Shown: positions 51,912 to 62,303 of the stretch, piece after piece
Layout: each line of letters begins with the position of its first letter
Numbering within the stretch: the stretch's first letter is position 1
Assembly: GCA_963702435.1 (NCBI GenBank)
Contig: CAVPCR010000003.1
Coordinates: 1 to 64,000, forward strand
Direction: 5' to 3'
From: Candidatus Eiseniibacteriota bacterium
GTDB lineage: Bacteria; Eisenbacteria; RBG-16-71-46; CAVPCR01
Length of the DNA stretch: 64,000 bases
Program-made: the position numbers and the translations under genes
The notes under the pieces: generated by a model
Told to the model about the DNA's origin: nothing
What the model saw: the letters and a program-made list of their open reading frames with translations, nothing else
Database searches by the model: none

Positions 51912-52604
51912 ATGGAAGTCGCAAACATCTCGAATGTCACTCGTAATTTCACCATCGGCAAAGTGGAAACACGCGCCCTGCGCGGCGTGAATCTCAAAAT
52001 CGAATCAGGCGAATTCACTGCCCTGGTCGGACCCTCGGGTTCAGGCAAAACCACCCTGCTCCAGATCATCGGCTGTCTCGACCAGCCCACTACAGGCTCG
52101 GTCATCATCAACGGGCAGGATGTGACCAAACTCAGCCGCAACCAGCGCGCCGACCTTCGCAAAGGCACGCTCGGATTCGTGTTCCAATTCTTCGCGCTCA
52201 TCCCCACGCTCAACGCCTACGAGAACGTGGAAATGCCCCTGCTCCTCGGCGGGCAGAAGAACGGCTCGCGCCGCGAACGCGTCATGGAATTGCTCAACGC
52301 CGTCGGTCTCGCGGACCGCGTCCACCACCGCCCCGACCAACTCAGCGGCGGCGAGCAACAACGCGTCGCGGTCGCCCGCGCCCTCGTCACCCGCCCGGTC
52401 ATTGTCCTCGCGGATGAGCCGACCGCCAACCTCGACACCGAGAACGGCAAGCAGGTCATGGAGATTATCTCCAAACTCAACAAGGAGACAGGCGTCACCT
52501 TCGTCTTCGCCACCCACGATCCCCGCGTTATCGGGTATGCCAACCGGGTTGTCACCCTCCGTGATGGTGTGATAGAAAAAGATAGTCGGACTAACGGAAA
52601 ATAG
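51912..52604 (+). CDS. LolD/MacB-type ABC ATP-binding protein
   Basis: [33 protein letters not shown]; own GGAG RBS. Confidence 0.94.
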   Translation: MEVANISNVTRNFTIGKVETRALRGVNLKIESGEFTALVGPSGSGKTTLLQIIGCLDQPTTGSVIINGQDVTKLSRNQRADLRKGTLGFVFQFFALIPTLNAYENVEMPLLLGGQKNGSRRERVMELLNAVGLADRVHHRPDQLSGGEQQRVAVARALVTRPVIVLADEPTANLDTENGKQVMEIISKLNKETGVTFVFATHDPRVIGYANRVVTLRDGVIEKDSRTNGK

Positions 52605-52623
52605 CGCCCTTACAGGAGAAAAC

Positions 52624-53423
52624 ATGAAACGACTGATTATTCCGACTATTTTGATTTTGACCTTGACTCTCGCGGCCTGCTCTGGCCTCCCCTCCTCTTC
52701 GCCGACGCCTCTTCCCACGGTTGCGCTGGATCCCGTTTCCCCAAGCGGATCATCCGCTGAAGGCATCACTGCTTCTGCTGTTGTTGTCCCGATCCAGACT
52801 GTCCAACTGTCCTTCCCCGCGATTGGACGCGTCAAATCCGTCGATGTGAAAGTGGGCGACAAGGTTAAGGCCGGACAGCCACTGATCCATCTCGATACCA
52901 CCTTGCAGGAAGCGCGCGTCCGGGAGGCAGAGGCCAATTTAGCGGCGGCCGAGATCCAGGTCAAGTTTTTGAAGCGGGTGGGGACAGACGAGCGAAATCT
53001 CGAATTCTGCCGAGGCAGACGTTGAACGCGCGCAGGCCCTGCTGGATTCCGCAAAAGCGACATTGGAATCCCAGGCCACCCTCGCCGCGCCCTTCGACGG
53101 GACAGTTGTCTCCGTTGATGTTGCCACTGCCGAAACTGTTGTGCCGGGACGCGTCATCATCGTGCTGGGCGACCTGTCGCATTACCAGGATCGAAACCAC
53201 CGATCTAAGCGAGCGTGACGTGACGCGTGTCAAGATCGGGCAGGCTGTCAACATCTCCATCGAAGCGCTTGGCCAAACCTTCACTGGCAAAGTGGCGGAG
53301 ATCGCCCTCGTCTCGTCCACCCTTGGCGGCGATGTGGTCTACGCCGTCACCATCGAACTGGATGAGCAACCCGCTGGCCTGCTGTGGGGAATGAGCGCCG
53401 ACGTGGAAATCCAAGCCGAGTGA
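52624..53423 (+). CDS. Efflux membrane-fusion/adaptor lipoprotein (indels)
   Basis: Lipobox LAAC, G.VKSVDVKVGDKVKAGQ lipoyl motif, LLWGMSADV. Confidence 0.85.
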
Positions 53424-53441
53424 TTTGAGATGGAGTTCGGA

Positions 53442-54231
53442 ATGAAACGATTTATTTTCATGCTCCTCAGCCTGGCTGTCATTCTGACGCTGGCAACCGG
53501 CCCTGCGAATGTGCACGCCCAGGTTAACATCCCAGTGACTGCGTCAGCGGTGATCGTCCCCGCGGTAGGTCTCAGACATGGGGTTTCTCACCACCGCGCT
53601 TGTACGCGAGATTCCCGTTAAAGAGGGTGACGTGGTTAAGGCCGGGCAAATACTGGCCTCGCTCGAGACGACCGATTTGGAATATGCTGTAGCCGCGGCA
53701 GAGGCATCCTACCGGTCAGCGCAATCCTACGCCGACCTACAGCGCTACCGCACGGTCAAAAAATATGATTTCCGAGGCCGTCCATATTTGGAATATATGC
53801 CGCGCGAAGTCTATCTGAGGGCCGATGCGCTTGCGGCAATGGCGCGCGCCTCCTGGGAGACGGCGCAGATCAATCTTGCGCAATACACCCTGCTGGCTCC
53901 CTACGATGGGACCGTGGTTGCTGTCCATGCCCTGCCCGGCGAACTCGTTCAACTGGACCAAACCGTCATCACCATCGCCATGCTGGACAAAATGCAAATC
54001 GAGACCACCGATCTGGGCGAACGAGACATCACCAAGATCAAGGTCGGTCAATCGGCAACAGTTTTCATTGAAGCGCTTAGCACAGAATTCGCTGCAACCA
54101 TTGTCGCCATCTCGCCCCGCGCCGAAACCCTTGGCGGAGACGTAGTCTATAAAGTCACCCTTGCCTTCGAAGAGATTCCCAAAGGCCTGCTCTGGGGCAT
54201 GACAGCCGAAGTGGAAATCGAAGCAAAGTAG
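53442..54231 (+). CDS. Second efflux membrane-fusion/adaptor protein (indel)
   Basis: VKEGDVVKAGQ, APYDGTV, LLWGMTAEV. Confidence 0.85.
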
Positions 54232-54261
54232 AGTAGAGCGAGACAATGTCTCGCTCTACTC
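54231..54261. repeat. Perfect palindrome, GTAG-type REP-like or terminator
   Basis: gagtagagcgagaca-a-tgtctcgctctactc. Confidence 0.7.
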
Positions 54262-54379
54262 TTTATTACTCCTGTCTGTCCCCAGCCAGATAGATGAAGA
54301 TTCTGCCAAAAGGGCCGCACAAAACCAAAAACACGCTAGAATGGGAAAATCCTGATCAACAAAAAAGGAAGGAGACGCC

Positions 54380-55300
54380 ATGTCATTCTCACAAGTCCTC
54401 GAGGTCGCCATTGGTCTCGTATTGGTGTATTACGTTCTGGGTTCCATCATTTCGTGGCTCACGAAGATCATCCTCGAAATGCAGGAGACGCGTGGCAAAG
54501 TGCTGGAGAAATACCTTCACAAGATCGCCGGTGACAAGACCGTAGACCTGACCAAACTGCCGCAGATGAAAGCGCTTCAGCCCATTCGTTATAAAACCCC
54601 CCTATCGGTATTCAGTTCAACCACTGTGGCCAAGAAGATCGAAAAAGTACCCGTCGCCACCCTGGTAAACTCCTTCTTCGACCTGACCGGGTTGACAGGC
54701 CGCCCGGAAATGGACGCGGCCCAATTGAAGGAAATCGTCGGCGCGCTCCCTGAATCCGAGGGAAAACAGGCCATGCTCAAGTGGATAGACCAGGGCGTGA
54801 CCAACACCAATACTCTGCGGACGCGCGTCAACTCCTACTTCACAGGTTTGCTCGACCAGGCCGCCTCCAAGTACAAAGCCCACGCGCGCAGTTTCGTTAT
54901 TTCCTTTTCCATTCTCTTGACGCTGATCCTTGGAACAGACAGCATTCAACTGGCAAAGAACCTGTGGAATAACGCTGAACTACGCACCCTTACCGCCGGG
55001 CAGGCCCAGATTGTCATTGATCAGGGAGCAGAGACACTGGATTTCCAAGCCAGCATCAACGCGCTGAAGCAATTCTCCATTATCAGGATCGGATGGTGGC
55101 AATTGGAAGATGCCCTCCCCGATGACTCCAGCATACTGGCCTGGGTGGGATTCATCCTCTTGAAACTGCTTGGCCTGAGCCTGACCGCCGTGGCTGTGTC
55201 ACAAGGGTCTTCCTTCTGGTATGACCTGCTCAAAAAATTATCAACCTCGCCCGAAAAAATCCCCGCTCCCGCGGGCGGAGAAACTGAAGACTCAGGCTGA
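54380..55300 (+). CDS. Membrane protein of unknown function
   Basis: Intact 306 aa ORF, AAGGAG RBS, LEVAIGL start and G...TAVAVSQGSSFWYDLL end. Confidence 0.85.
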   Translation: MSFSQVLEVAIGLVLVYYVLGSIISWLTKIILEMQETRGKVLEKYLHKIAGDKTVDLTKLPQMKALQPIRYKTPLSVFSSTTVAKKIEKVPVATLVNSFFDLTGLTGRPEMDAAQLKEIVGALPESEGKQAMLKWIDQGVTNTNTLRTRVNSYFTGLLDQAASKYKAHARSFVISFSILLTLILGTDSIQLAKNLWNNAELRTLTAGQAQIVIDQGAETLDFQASINALKQFSIIRIGWWQLEDALPDDSSILAWVGFILLKLLGLSLTAVAVSQGSSFWYDLLKKLSTSPEKIPAPAGGETEDSG

Positions 55301-55492
55301 GGTAGAAAACCTCCAATTTTTTTGAACTGAACCCCCGAAAACAGATATGACTGTCAAGGGGGTTTTTGTCTGTAACAGATCTCCCCTCCACCCACACAGG
55401 ACACAGCAGAAGGCTTGCGCGCCGGGTCGTTTGGGAATTGAAAGCCGCGGCTGGGACGTTCATGGGTATAATAGGCTTATCCAAAGGATTCC

Positions 55493-55795
55493 ATGACCGA
55501 AGCAACCGTTTCACCCTCCCCACAGCCTTTCCCATGCACTGAATGCGCATCTGGTCTCATGCACCTGCGCTTCATCACGTACTTCACCTGGCTGAACGAG
55601 GAACTCGTCACCGTGCCAAATTTCCCCGCCTGGGTATGCGACGTTTGCGGGCGGCGCGAATACGACGAGAAAGCCATTTCCTGGCTGACCATGCTCCTGA
55701 ACCCAAACGCGGGCCACCCCACCCAGCGGAAACGCGTCCCGCCTCGCACCCGACCCCGGCCTGAGTCGCCGCGCCCCAGCCCCGATCAAAGCTGA
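55493..55795 (+). CDS. YgiT-type zinc-finger protein
   Basis: CTEC ... VPNFPAWVCDVCG.REY. Confidence 0.85.
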   Translation: MTEATVSPSPQPFPCTECASGLMHLRFITYFTWLNEELVTVPNFPAWVCDVCGRREYDEKAISWLTMLLNPNAGHPTQRKRVPPRTRPRPESPRPSPDQS

Positions 55796-55813
55796 CGAGG
55801 AGTCTGCCCCGCC

Positions 55814-56362
55814 ATGGACACATCCCCACGCACCCACCGCTTCCTACCCGTTGACATACTTACATCCAGTTACAGGGTGGTAGGCAAAGTATCTGTCTCG
55901 ACCAACGGCGTAATGGGGATGATGAACGACCCCACCCACTCCTACATGGAAGTGATGGATGCACGACTGGCCCGCATCCACATGCCCACCAAACTGGTCG
56001 ACCATTTTGAAGTGGTGCGCATGTTCAAACGGCAGGTATTTGCCATCGCTCTCGCCCGACGCGAAGACCTCGGCCCACAGGCGCTGGTACGCGGCGGGTT
56101 TGGGACCTTCACTGAGTACCCCGTGCGGGTCACCACCCAGGTTTACGAGATCGAGGGTAAGGTTGAGTATCCTGGTCGGTTTGACTTTTCCGCGCTAATG
56201 GCAGAGGGAAGCCGCGACTTCATCCCCATCTTCGATGCCACATTGACCGCCATCCTCATTTCCACCCTGCACGTCGAAAGCCCGGGCATGTTGTTCAATC
56301 GCACCCAGGCAGACCTGCTGGCTTTGCAGGGTCAGCGCGTCAAAGTGCAAAGTGGATCGTAA
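55814..56362 (+). CDS. Hypothetical protein (two repeated beta-rich modules)
   Basis: GAGGAG RBS, intact 182 aa ORF, TSSYRVVG and TQVYEIEG internal repeat. Confidence 0.75.
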   Translation: MDTSPRTHRFLPVDILTSSYRVVGKVSVSTNGVMGMMNDPTHSYMEVMDARLARIHMPTKLVDHFEVVRMFKRQVFAIALARREDLGPQALVRGGFGTFTEYPVRVTTQVYEIEGKVEYPGRFDFSALMAEGSRDFIPIFDATLTAILISTLHVESPGMLFNRTQADLLALQGQRVKVQSGS

Positions 56363-56471
56363 AATCGCTTGACCAATTTATAGTGGGGATGATAAAATCC
56401 TGCCCGCTTGGTTTGGGAAACTCCATTTCGCCGCAAACCACACCGCTGGCAAGAGTCCAGCGGGGCAACCT

Positions 56472-56544
56472 GCCCCCATCGTCTAGTGGACTAGGACGCA
56501 GCCCTTTCAAGGCTACGACCGGGGTTCGAATCCCCGTGGGGGCA
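56472..56544 (+). tRNA. tRNA-Glu(TTC), CCA not encoded
   Basis: GCCCCCA/TGGGGGC acceptor stem, CT-TTC-AA anticodon loop, CGGGG-TTCGAAT-CCCCG T arm. Confidence 0.97.
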
Positions 56545-56751
56545 CAGTAAGAAATCGCCATGGAGGCGATTTTTGTTTTCTTCGACCATTGTCCCCATTC
56601 AGGGGATGCTATTCAAATCCCCGTGGGGGCACAGTAAGAAATCGCCGTCGAGGCGATTTTTGTTTTCTTCAACCATGATCCCCCTTCAGGGGATGCTATT
56701 CAAATCCCCGTGGGGGACACAACAAGAAATCGCTGGCGAGGCGATTTTTTT
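56525..56751 (+). repeat. 87-bp tandem repeat (~2.6 copies) of tRNA 3' end plus terminator
   Basis: ttc(g/a)aatccccgtggggg..ca...agaaatcgc....aggcgatttt starting at 56525, 56612 and 56699. Confidence 0.92.
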
Positions 56752-56825
56752 CCACGATCATGGAGATGCATTATTCAGATCCACCCGTCTATTGCGCTAA
56801 ACATAAACTTCCCTTGAGATGAGAG

Positions 56826-57311
56826 TTATGTTTTCTCTTCGATTTCTTTGAATTGAAAGGGGATCATCAAAAGGAATCCAATTGCAATAAATGCCTGTCC
56901 GACAACAATTCCACGTGACTGCAACGGGCCAAAGAACGGGCCCTCGGGTCCAACCTGTGTGCCCATCCCAAACAGGTCAGCCATGCCTGCAAAGACCGAG
57001 ACAACGTATCCCGTGGCAACCAGCCGCATCCCGATATCGGCAGCGATGGTGCGTTCGCGCCCCTTCCAGAGAGCCAATAGTCCGATATACCCACCCAGAC
57101 AAATGAAGCCCAATCCCACAAGCAAAATGGAAACCTGGATAAAACCAACCGTGGGACTATTGTCCCAGCCAAACCAGCCAGGTTTCGCGCCGACAATGAA
57201 AATGAAAAAACCCAGCAGAATAATAATCAAGCCAAAGCGAACGCGCGTGCGCGAGGGCGGTTCCTGTGCGGAAACATCGGGCAAATCAGAGTGAGTAGAT
57301 TGAGAAGTCAT
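56826..57311 (-). CDS. Four-TM membrane protein of unknown function
   Basis: Intact hydrophobic ORF overlapping the dipeptidase stop. Confidence 0.8.
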   Translation of the reverse strand: MTSQSTHSDLPDVSAQEPPSRTRVRFGLIIILLGFFIFIVGAKPGWFGWDNSPTVGFIQVSILLVGLGFICLGGYIGLLALWKGRERTIAADIGMRLVATGYVVSVFAGMADLFGMGTQVGPEGPFFGPLQSRGIVVGQAFIAIGFLLMIPFQFKEIEEKT

Positions 57312-58423
57312 CAGGGCAGGTTCTCCTGCAAATAACGGAGCCAGTTACCTCCGAGGATCGCTTCCATGTCGGAATCTGAGTAACCATGCGGCTGGAGGAG
57401 ATCAGTCAATTTATGCAGGTCGGCAATCGTGTCCAATTCCTGCGGGACAGATTGTAACCCAAAACCGCCATCGAAATCAGAGCCGATGCCCACGTGGCGG
57501 ACGTTCCCCGCAAGTTGGCAGACATGGTCAATATGGTCGGCAAGGCTGGCACAGTGAGACTTCCTCGCGGCGGCTTCCGCTGGCACGCAACCATCCAACC
57601 TTGAGGAAGGCATTGAAAGGAACCAGGCCAACCACGCCATCGCGTTCGATCAGTCCGCGCAGAACGCGGTCGGAGAATTGGCGATTGGTGGCGTAATTGG
57701 GAAGGAGCGCGAGACAATTCCCATGCGAAGCAATTACCGGACCTTCGTAAAAATCCAGCGCTTCGAGCGCGGCAGGTTCATCCATGTGGCTGAGATCGAG
57801 GATGAAGGGGAAGTCTGCCATGGTTTTGAGCAGGGCGCGGCCCTCGTCAGTGAGAGGACCTGGTTCTTTGGTGCCGCCACAGTAACGCGTCCCGGCCCAG
57901 GCGGGACCGATGAGTCGCAAGCCAAATTCCCACCACCCGGCCAGTTCGGCAGGCGAGCGGATGGCGTCCGCGCCCTCCATCAACGGGAGCAGGCCTACAG
58001 GATGGCCGTCGGCTGGGGAATGCGGATGCGGGTGCACTTCCCGCCAATGGTTGAGAAGCAGGTTCAGGTCCGCGGGAGGCGAGCAGGCGAAATTTGTCCG
58101 GGTGGGAATTCGACGAGTCGGTGGTAGGTCTCCAGTTGTGTCCAGTAGAGGCGGTGGGCGGTCTCGTAGTCGGCGTCAGGATAGAAAATCCGCTCCCAAT
58201 TCCCGACGAGATGGCGAGCGGGCGAGGCGAAGAGGGTGGCAAAGACAACCGCGACGCGGCCGCGCTGGTAATCGGGCCAGCCGAGCAGGGTGTCGCCATT
58301 TTGCTCGACCGTTTCGGAACCCGTTTCGAGGGCGCGGGTTTCGTGCGCGGCACGGGTGTAGTCGCGCCCGAAGGACAGGATATTCCAGGCCAGGTCTTCG
58401 TGGGAATCGACGATGATGTGCAT
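57311..58423 (-). CDS. Membrane dipeptidase family (peptidase M19; indels)
   Basis: VDSHEDLAW, LMEGAD, LDLSH, ASH.N, HVGIGSDFDG, ILGGNW. Confidence 0.92.
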
Positions 58424-58431
58424 GGAATTCA

Positions 58432-58460
58432 AAAAGAGCGCACCTTGCGGTACGCTCTTT
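58432..58460 (-). terminator. Terminator after rpsA
   Basis: aaagagcg.acc...ggtacgctcttt hairpin with A tract (T tract on minus strand). Confidence 0.7.
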
Positions 58461-58465
58461 GGATT

Positions 58466-59795
58466 TCAGGCTTGCGGCTCTTCGGGCGGCGCTTCATTTT
58501 CGTGAGAAGCGGCGGCTTTAAGCAACGCGATATCTTCGGGTGATGCGGCATCTGCGAGCGACGCAGTACCTTCGGGCGACGCATCTTCTGCATCTGGGAT
58601 TGTCGGCCATCAGGAGTTTGAAGTCCTTGTCGGCAAAGGCGCCCGAGTCCACTTTGCGCAGGCTGAGGCCGATGCGGTGCTGGTCGGTGTCGATGCGGAT
58701 GATGCGCAGGGTCTTGACATCGCCATCCTTGAGGGCTTCCTTGGGATGCTCAATGCGATGGTCGCTGATCTCGGAGATGTGGATCAGGCCTTCGAGGTCG
58801 CCTTCGAGACGGGCAAAAGCGCCGAACTTGGTCAGGCGGGTGATGACGCCTTCCACCAGTTGCCCAACGCTGAATTTCTCGATCTTGGATTGCCAGGGGT
58901 CTTCCTGCAGTTGACGGATGGAAAGGCCGATGCGCTTCTTTTCACGGTCAATGTTGATGACCTTGACCTTGACCTCCTGCCCCACTTCGAGCACTTCACT
59001 GGGATGCTGGACATGTTCCCAGGTGATCTCGGAGAGGTGGACGAGGCCGTCCGCGCCGTTGATGTTGACAAAGGCGCCAAAATCGGCCAGGCTGGTGACG
59101 CGGCCGGTGTAGGTCTTGACCAATTTCCAGTTCGGAGATGACGCGCTCCTTGATGGACTGGCGGGATTCGGTGCTGGCGGCGCGCTCGGAGAGGATCAGG
59201 CGGCGGCGTTCGCGGTCCACTTCCACAATGCGGACAGAGATCGGGTCGCCGACCATTTTGCTCCAGCGCTGTTCGGGCGTATCGCCCACGGCAACCGCGC
59301 GGCGCATGGCGCTGATCTGCGAGGCGGGCACAAAGCCGCGCAACCCGCCAACGGCGACGATCAATCCGCCTTTGTTGAAGCCAGTGACTTTGCTTTCAAT
59401 GACTTCTTCCTCGGAGAGCATGCGCTCCACGTTTTCCCAGGTCATTTGCTCCTGGGCGCGTTTGAACGAGAGCACAACATTGCCGTTGTCGTCTTCGGGA
59501 TTGATCACGTAGACTGGGACTGTCTGACCGACGGTGAGCGCAGCGCGCTCCTCTGCGGAAAGCGATTCCAATTCACGGCCCGCAATGACGCCTTCGGACT
59601 TGGCGCCGATACTGACAAGGATCTGGCTTGGGCCGATGCTGGCAATCACACCATGGCGGATCTCACCCGGCTGAGGCAATTCGACGCCGGATGATTCCTG
59701 TAGCAACGTCTCCATGCTCTGGTTGTTAGGGGTTCGTTCTGGTCTATGTGCAGGTCTGCGGCCCCCTGCCCATTCAGGGCTTCATTCTGTTCCAT
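58466..59795 (-). CDS. rpsA: 30S ribosomal protein S1 (four S1 domains, acidic tail; indels)
   Basis: IGAKSEG, NKGGL..GFVPASQ, DFGAFV..GLVHLSE, KFGAFA..GLIHISE. Confidence 0.93.
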
Positions 59796-59945
59796 CACTG
59801 GCGACTCCGGTTAAGAAAAATGTAAGGCGGATTATACAGGCGATTGCCATAGTTGGCAACCCTTGCTTTTGCCATCACGTCTTGAGCCCCCAAGAAAGCT
59901 GCGAGCGCAGGAGCGATTGGATTATAATGTCCGCCGGAGACATCT

Positions 59946-62016
59946 ATGCCAGCCATCTATCCATTCACAGCCATCGTTGGACAGGAGCGCATGCGACGCG
60001 CCCTGATTTTGAATGCAGTTGATACACGCATCGGCGGCGTGTTGATCCGCGGCGAACGCGGCACCGCCAAATCCACTGCGGCGCGCGCCCTGGCGGCGCT
60101 TCTGCCGCAGTGTCAAAGTCGTGGACGACTGCCGCTTCGGCTGCGATCCCGATAAACCCGCCACCTGGTGCACCGAATGCAAGGAACGCCATGCCACCTC
60201 GGGCGAGAAACTGCCCTCCCGCACGAACGCACCACGCCCTTCGTCAACCTGCCCGTCTCCGCCACCGAGGACCGCGTGGTCGGCACGCTGGATATCGAGC
60301 AGGCCATCCAGAAGGGCGAACGCCATTTCGAGCCGGGCGTGCTCGCCTCCGCCAACCGCGGACTTCTATACATCGACGAGGTGAACCTGCTCGACGATCA
60401 TGTCGTGGACGTTTTGCTGGATTCCGCGGCGATGGGCGTCAACACGGTCGAGCGCGAAGGCATCTCGTTCGCGCATCCCGCCCGCTTCATCCTCGTCGGG
60501 ACGATGAATCCCGAGGAAGGCGAACTCCGTCCGCAGCTGCTGGACCGCTTCGCCCTCTCGGTGGACATCGTCGGCATCCGCGAGGCGCGCGAGCGCGTCA
60601 TGATCATGGAACGCAACATCGCCTTCGAGCGCGACCCCGAAGCCTTCCGCAAGGAATGGCTGCCGAAGGAAGAGGAACTCTCGCACCAGATCGAGCGCGC
60701 CCGCGAACTCGTGGACAAGGTCACGCACACCAGCCGCGACCTGCTCTCCATCGCCGCGCTGACCGCCTCCCTCAACGTGGACGGTCACCGCGCCGACCTG
60801 GTCATCCTGAAAGCGGCGCGCGCCCAGGCCGCCTTCGAGGGCCGCACGAAGATCAACGATCACGACATCGCCCTGGCCGCGGAACTGGCGCTGCCCCACC
60901 GCATCAAACGCACTCCCTTCCAGCAGGCCGAGATGACCACCGAGCAGTTGCAGGAACGCATCGAGCAACTGGCAGGCCAGTCCATGCCTGCCGAGGCCGA
61001 GGAAGAAGAATCCGAGTCCCAGCAGGGCAAGCCCGAGGAAAAAAAAACTTAAAACTCGAAGATGAGGCCGAGGAAGGTCCCCAGCAGGGACAGCCCGAAC
61101 CCAGCCGCCAGGACGCGTTCGCCAACACGAGCGCGAACTGGTGGGAGGGCGGGCAAAAGGTAAAGACCGGGCGAGACCTTCCAGCCGCGCAAACTAAACA
61201 CCCCGCTCGACAAATTAACCCGCAAACACGCCGGCCGCCGCTCCCTGACCAAAACCGAACGCAAACACGGACGGTATATCAAGGCGCGCCCCGCCGGCGA
61301 CAAGACCGACGATATCGCCTTCGATGCCACCTTCCGCGCCGCGGCGCCCTTCCAGAAACGCCGCGTCGAAAAACGCAAACGCCTGGCTTTCGCCATCGAA
61401 AAGAGCGACCTGCAACGCAAGGTGCGCGTCAAACGGGTGGCGAACCTCGTGCTGTTCCTGGTGGACGCCTCCTGGTCCATGGCCGTGGCGGAACGGATGA
61501 ACGCCACCAAGGGCGCGATCCTGTCCCTGTTAACGGATGCCTACCAACGTCGCGACCGAGTCGGTTTGATCGTCTTCCAAAAGGACCGCGCCACGCTCGT
61601 CCTGCCCCCCACCAATTCGGTGCAACTCGCCCAGCGCGCGCTGATGGACATTCCCGTCGGCGGGAAGACGCCGCTCTCCGCGGGACTGCTGCTCGCCACG
61701 GACGTGCTCCAGCACGAGAAGCACACGCATCCCGGACGTGGAGCCGCTTCTGATCGTCCTGACCGATGGGGCTGGCAACGTCTCGATCGGCACGCTGCCG
61801 CCGCAGGAGGAATCCTACCGCTTCGCCGAGTTGATCGCGCACGAGGAAGTGCGGAGCGTGGTCATCAACATGGAACACGCCGCCTTCGACCAGGGACTGG
61901 CGCAACAACTGGCGAATCATCTCAAAGCGCCGTGTTATGCGCTGAACGAGTTGAAGGCCGAGAGTTTGTATCACACGGTGCGGCAGGAGATGGCCAGTAG
62001 TGCATCGCAAAAATAG
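59946..62016 (+). CDS. Chelatase ChlI/ChlD-like gene: AAA+ part (59946-61052) and acidic linker plus vWA part in the -1 frame
   Basis: [41 protein letters not shown]; then DIAFDAT.RAAA, VDASWSM, GGKTPL, LTDG. Confidence 0.9.
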
Positions 62017-62218
62017 TGCGTTGCACCAACTTGGCGGGAAATCCCGATGAACAGAAGTGTGTCGCACCAACCCGCTGGGATAAATCCGCTTTAATAAGAG
62101 AATCTCACCCCCGAACAAATTCTGATTGATGAGGTGCGACGCACGCGCCACAGGCAGGAGATGGCGAATCCCACACCGAAGCCAACAACGGATAAAAAGA
62201 ATCCGTCGCCTTAAACGA

Positions 62219-62243
62219 GACAGTCGCCTGTGAGGTGACTGTC
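62219..62243. terminator. Hairpin between convergent genes
   Basis: gacagtcgcct-gtg-aggtgactgtc. Confidence 0.55.
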
Positions 62244-62303
62244 GGTTTCGTTTCTTCGAACCCGCTTCAGAATTGCAGAATTTCAGAGAACAGAATTTCA
62301 GGA

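Noticed and set aside
51015..52604. Permease-ATPase fusion
   Set aside because: An A-run indel at ~51890 would hide the permease TAA, and the ATPase has its own RBS and ATG at 51912
56525..56751. CRISPR array
   Set aside because: Whole 87-bp units repeat with no unique spacers, they derive from the tRNA, and no cas genes are present
59946..62016. Evidence of phototrophy from chlI/chlD
   Set aside because: These ATPases are widespread in non-phototrophs and no bch or reaction-centre genes are in the window
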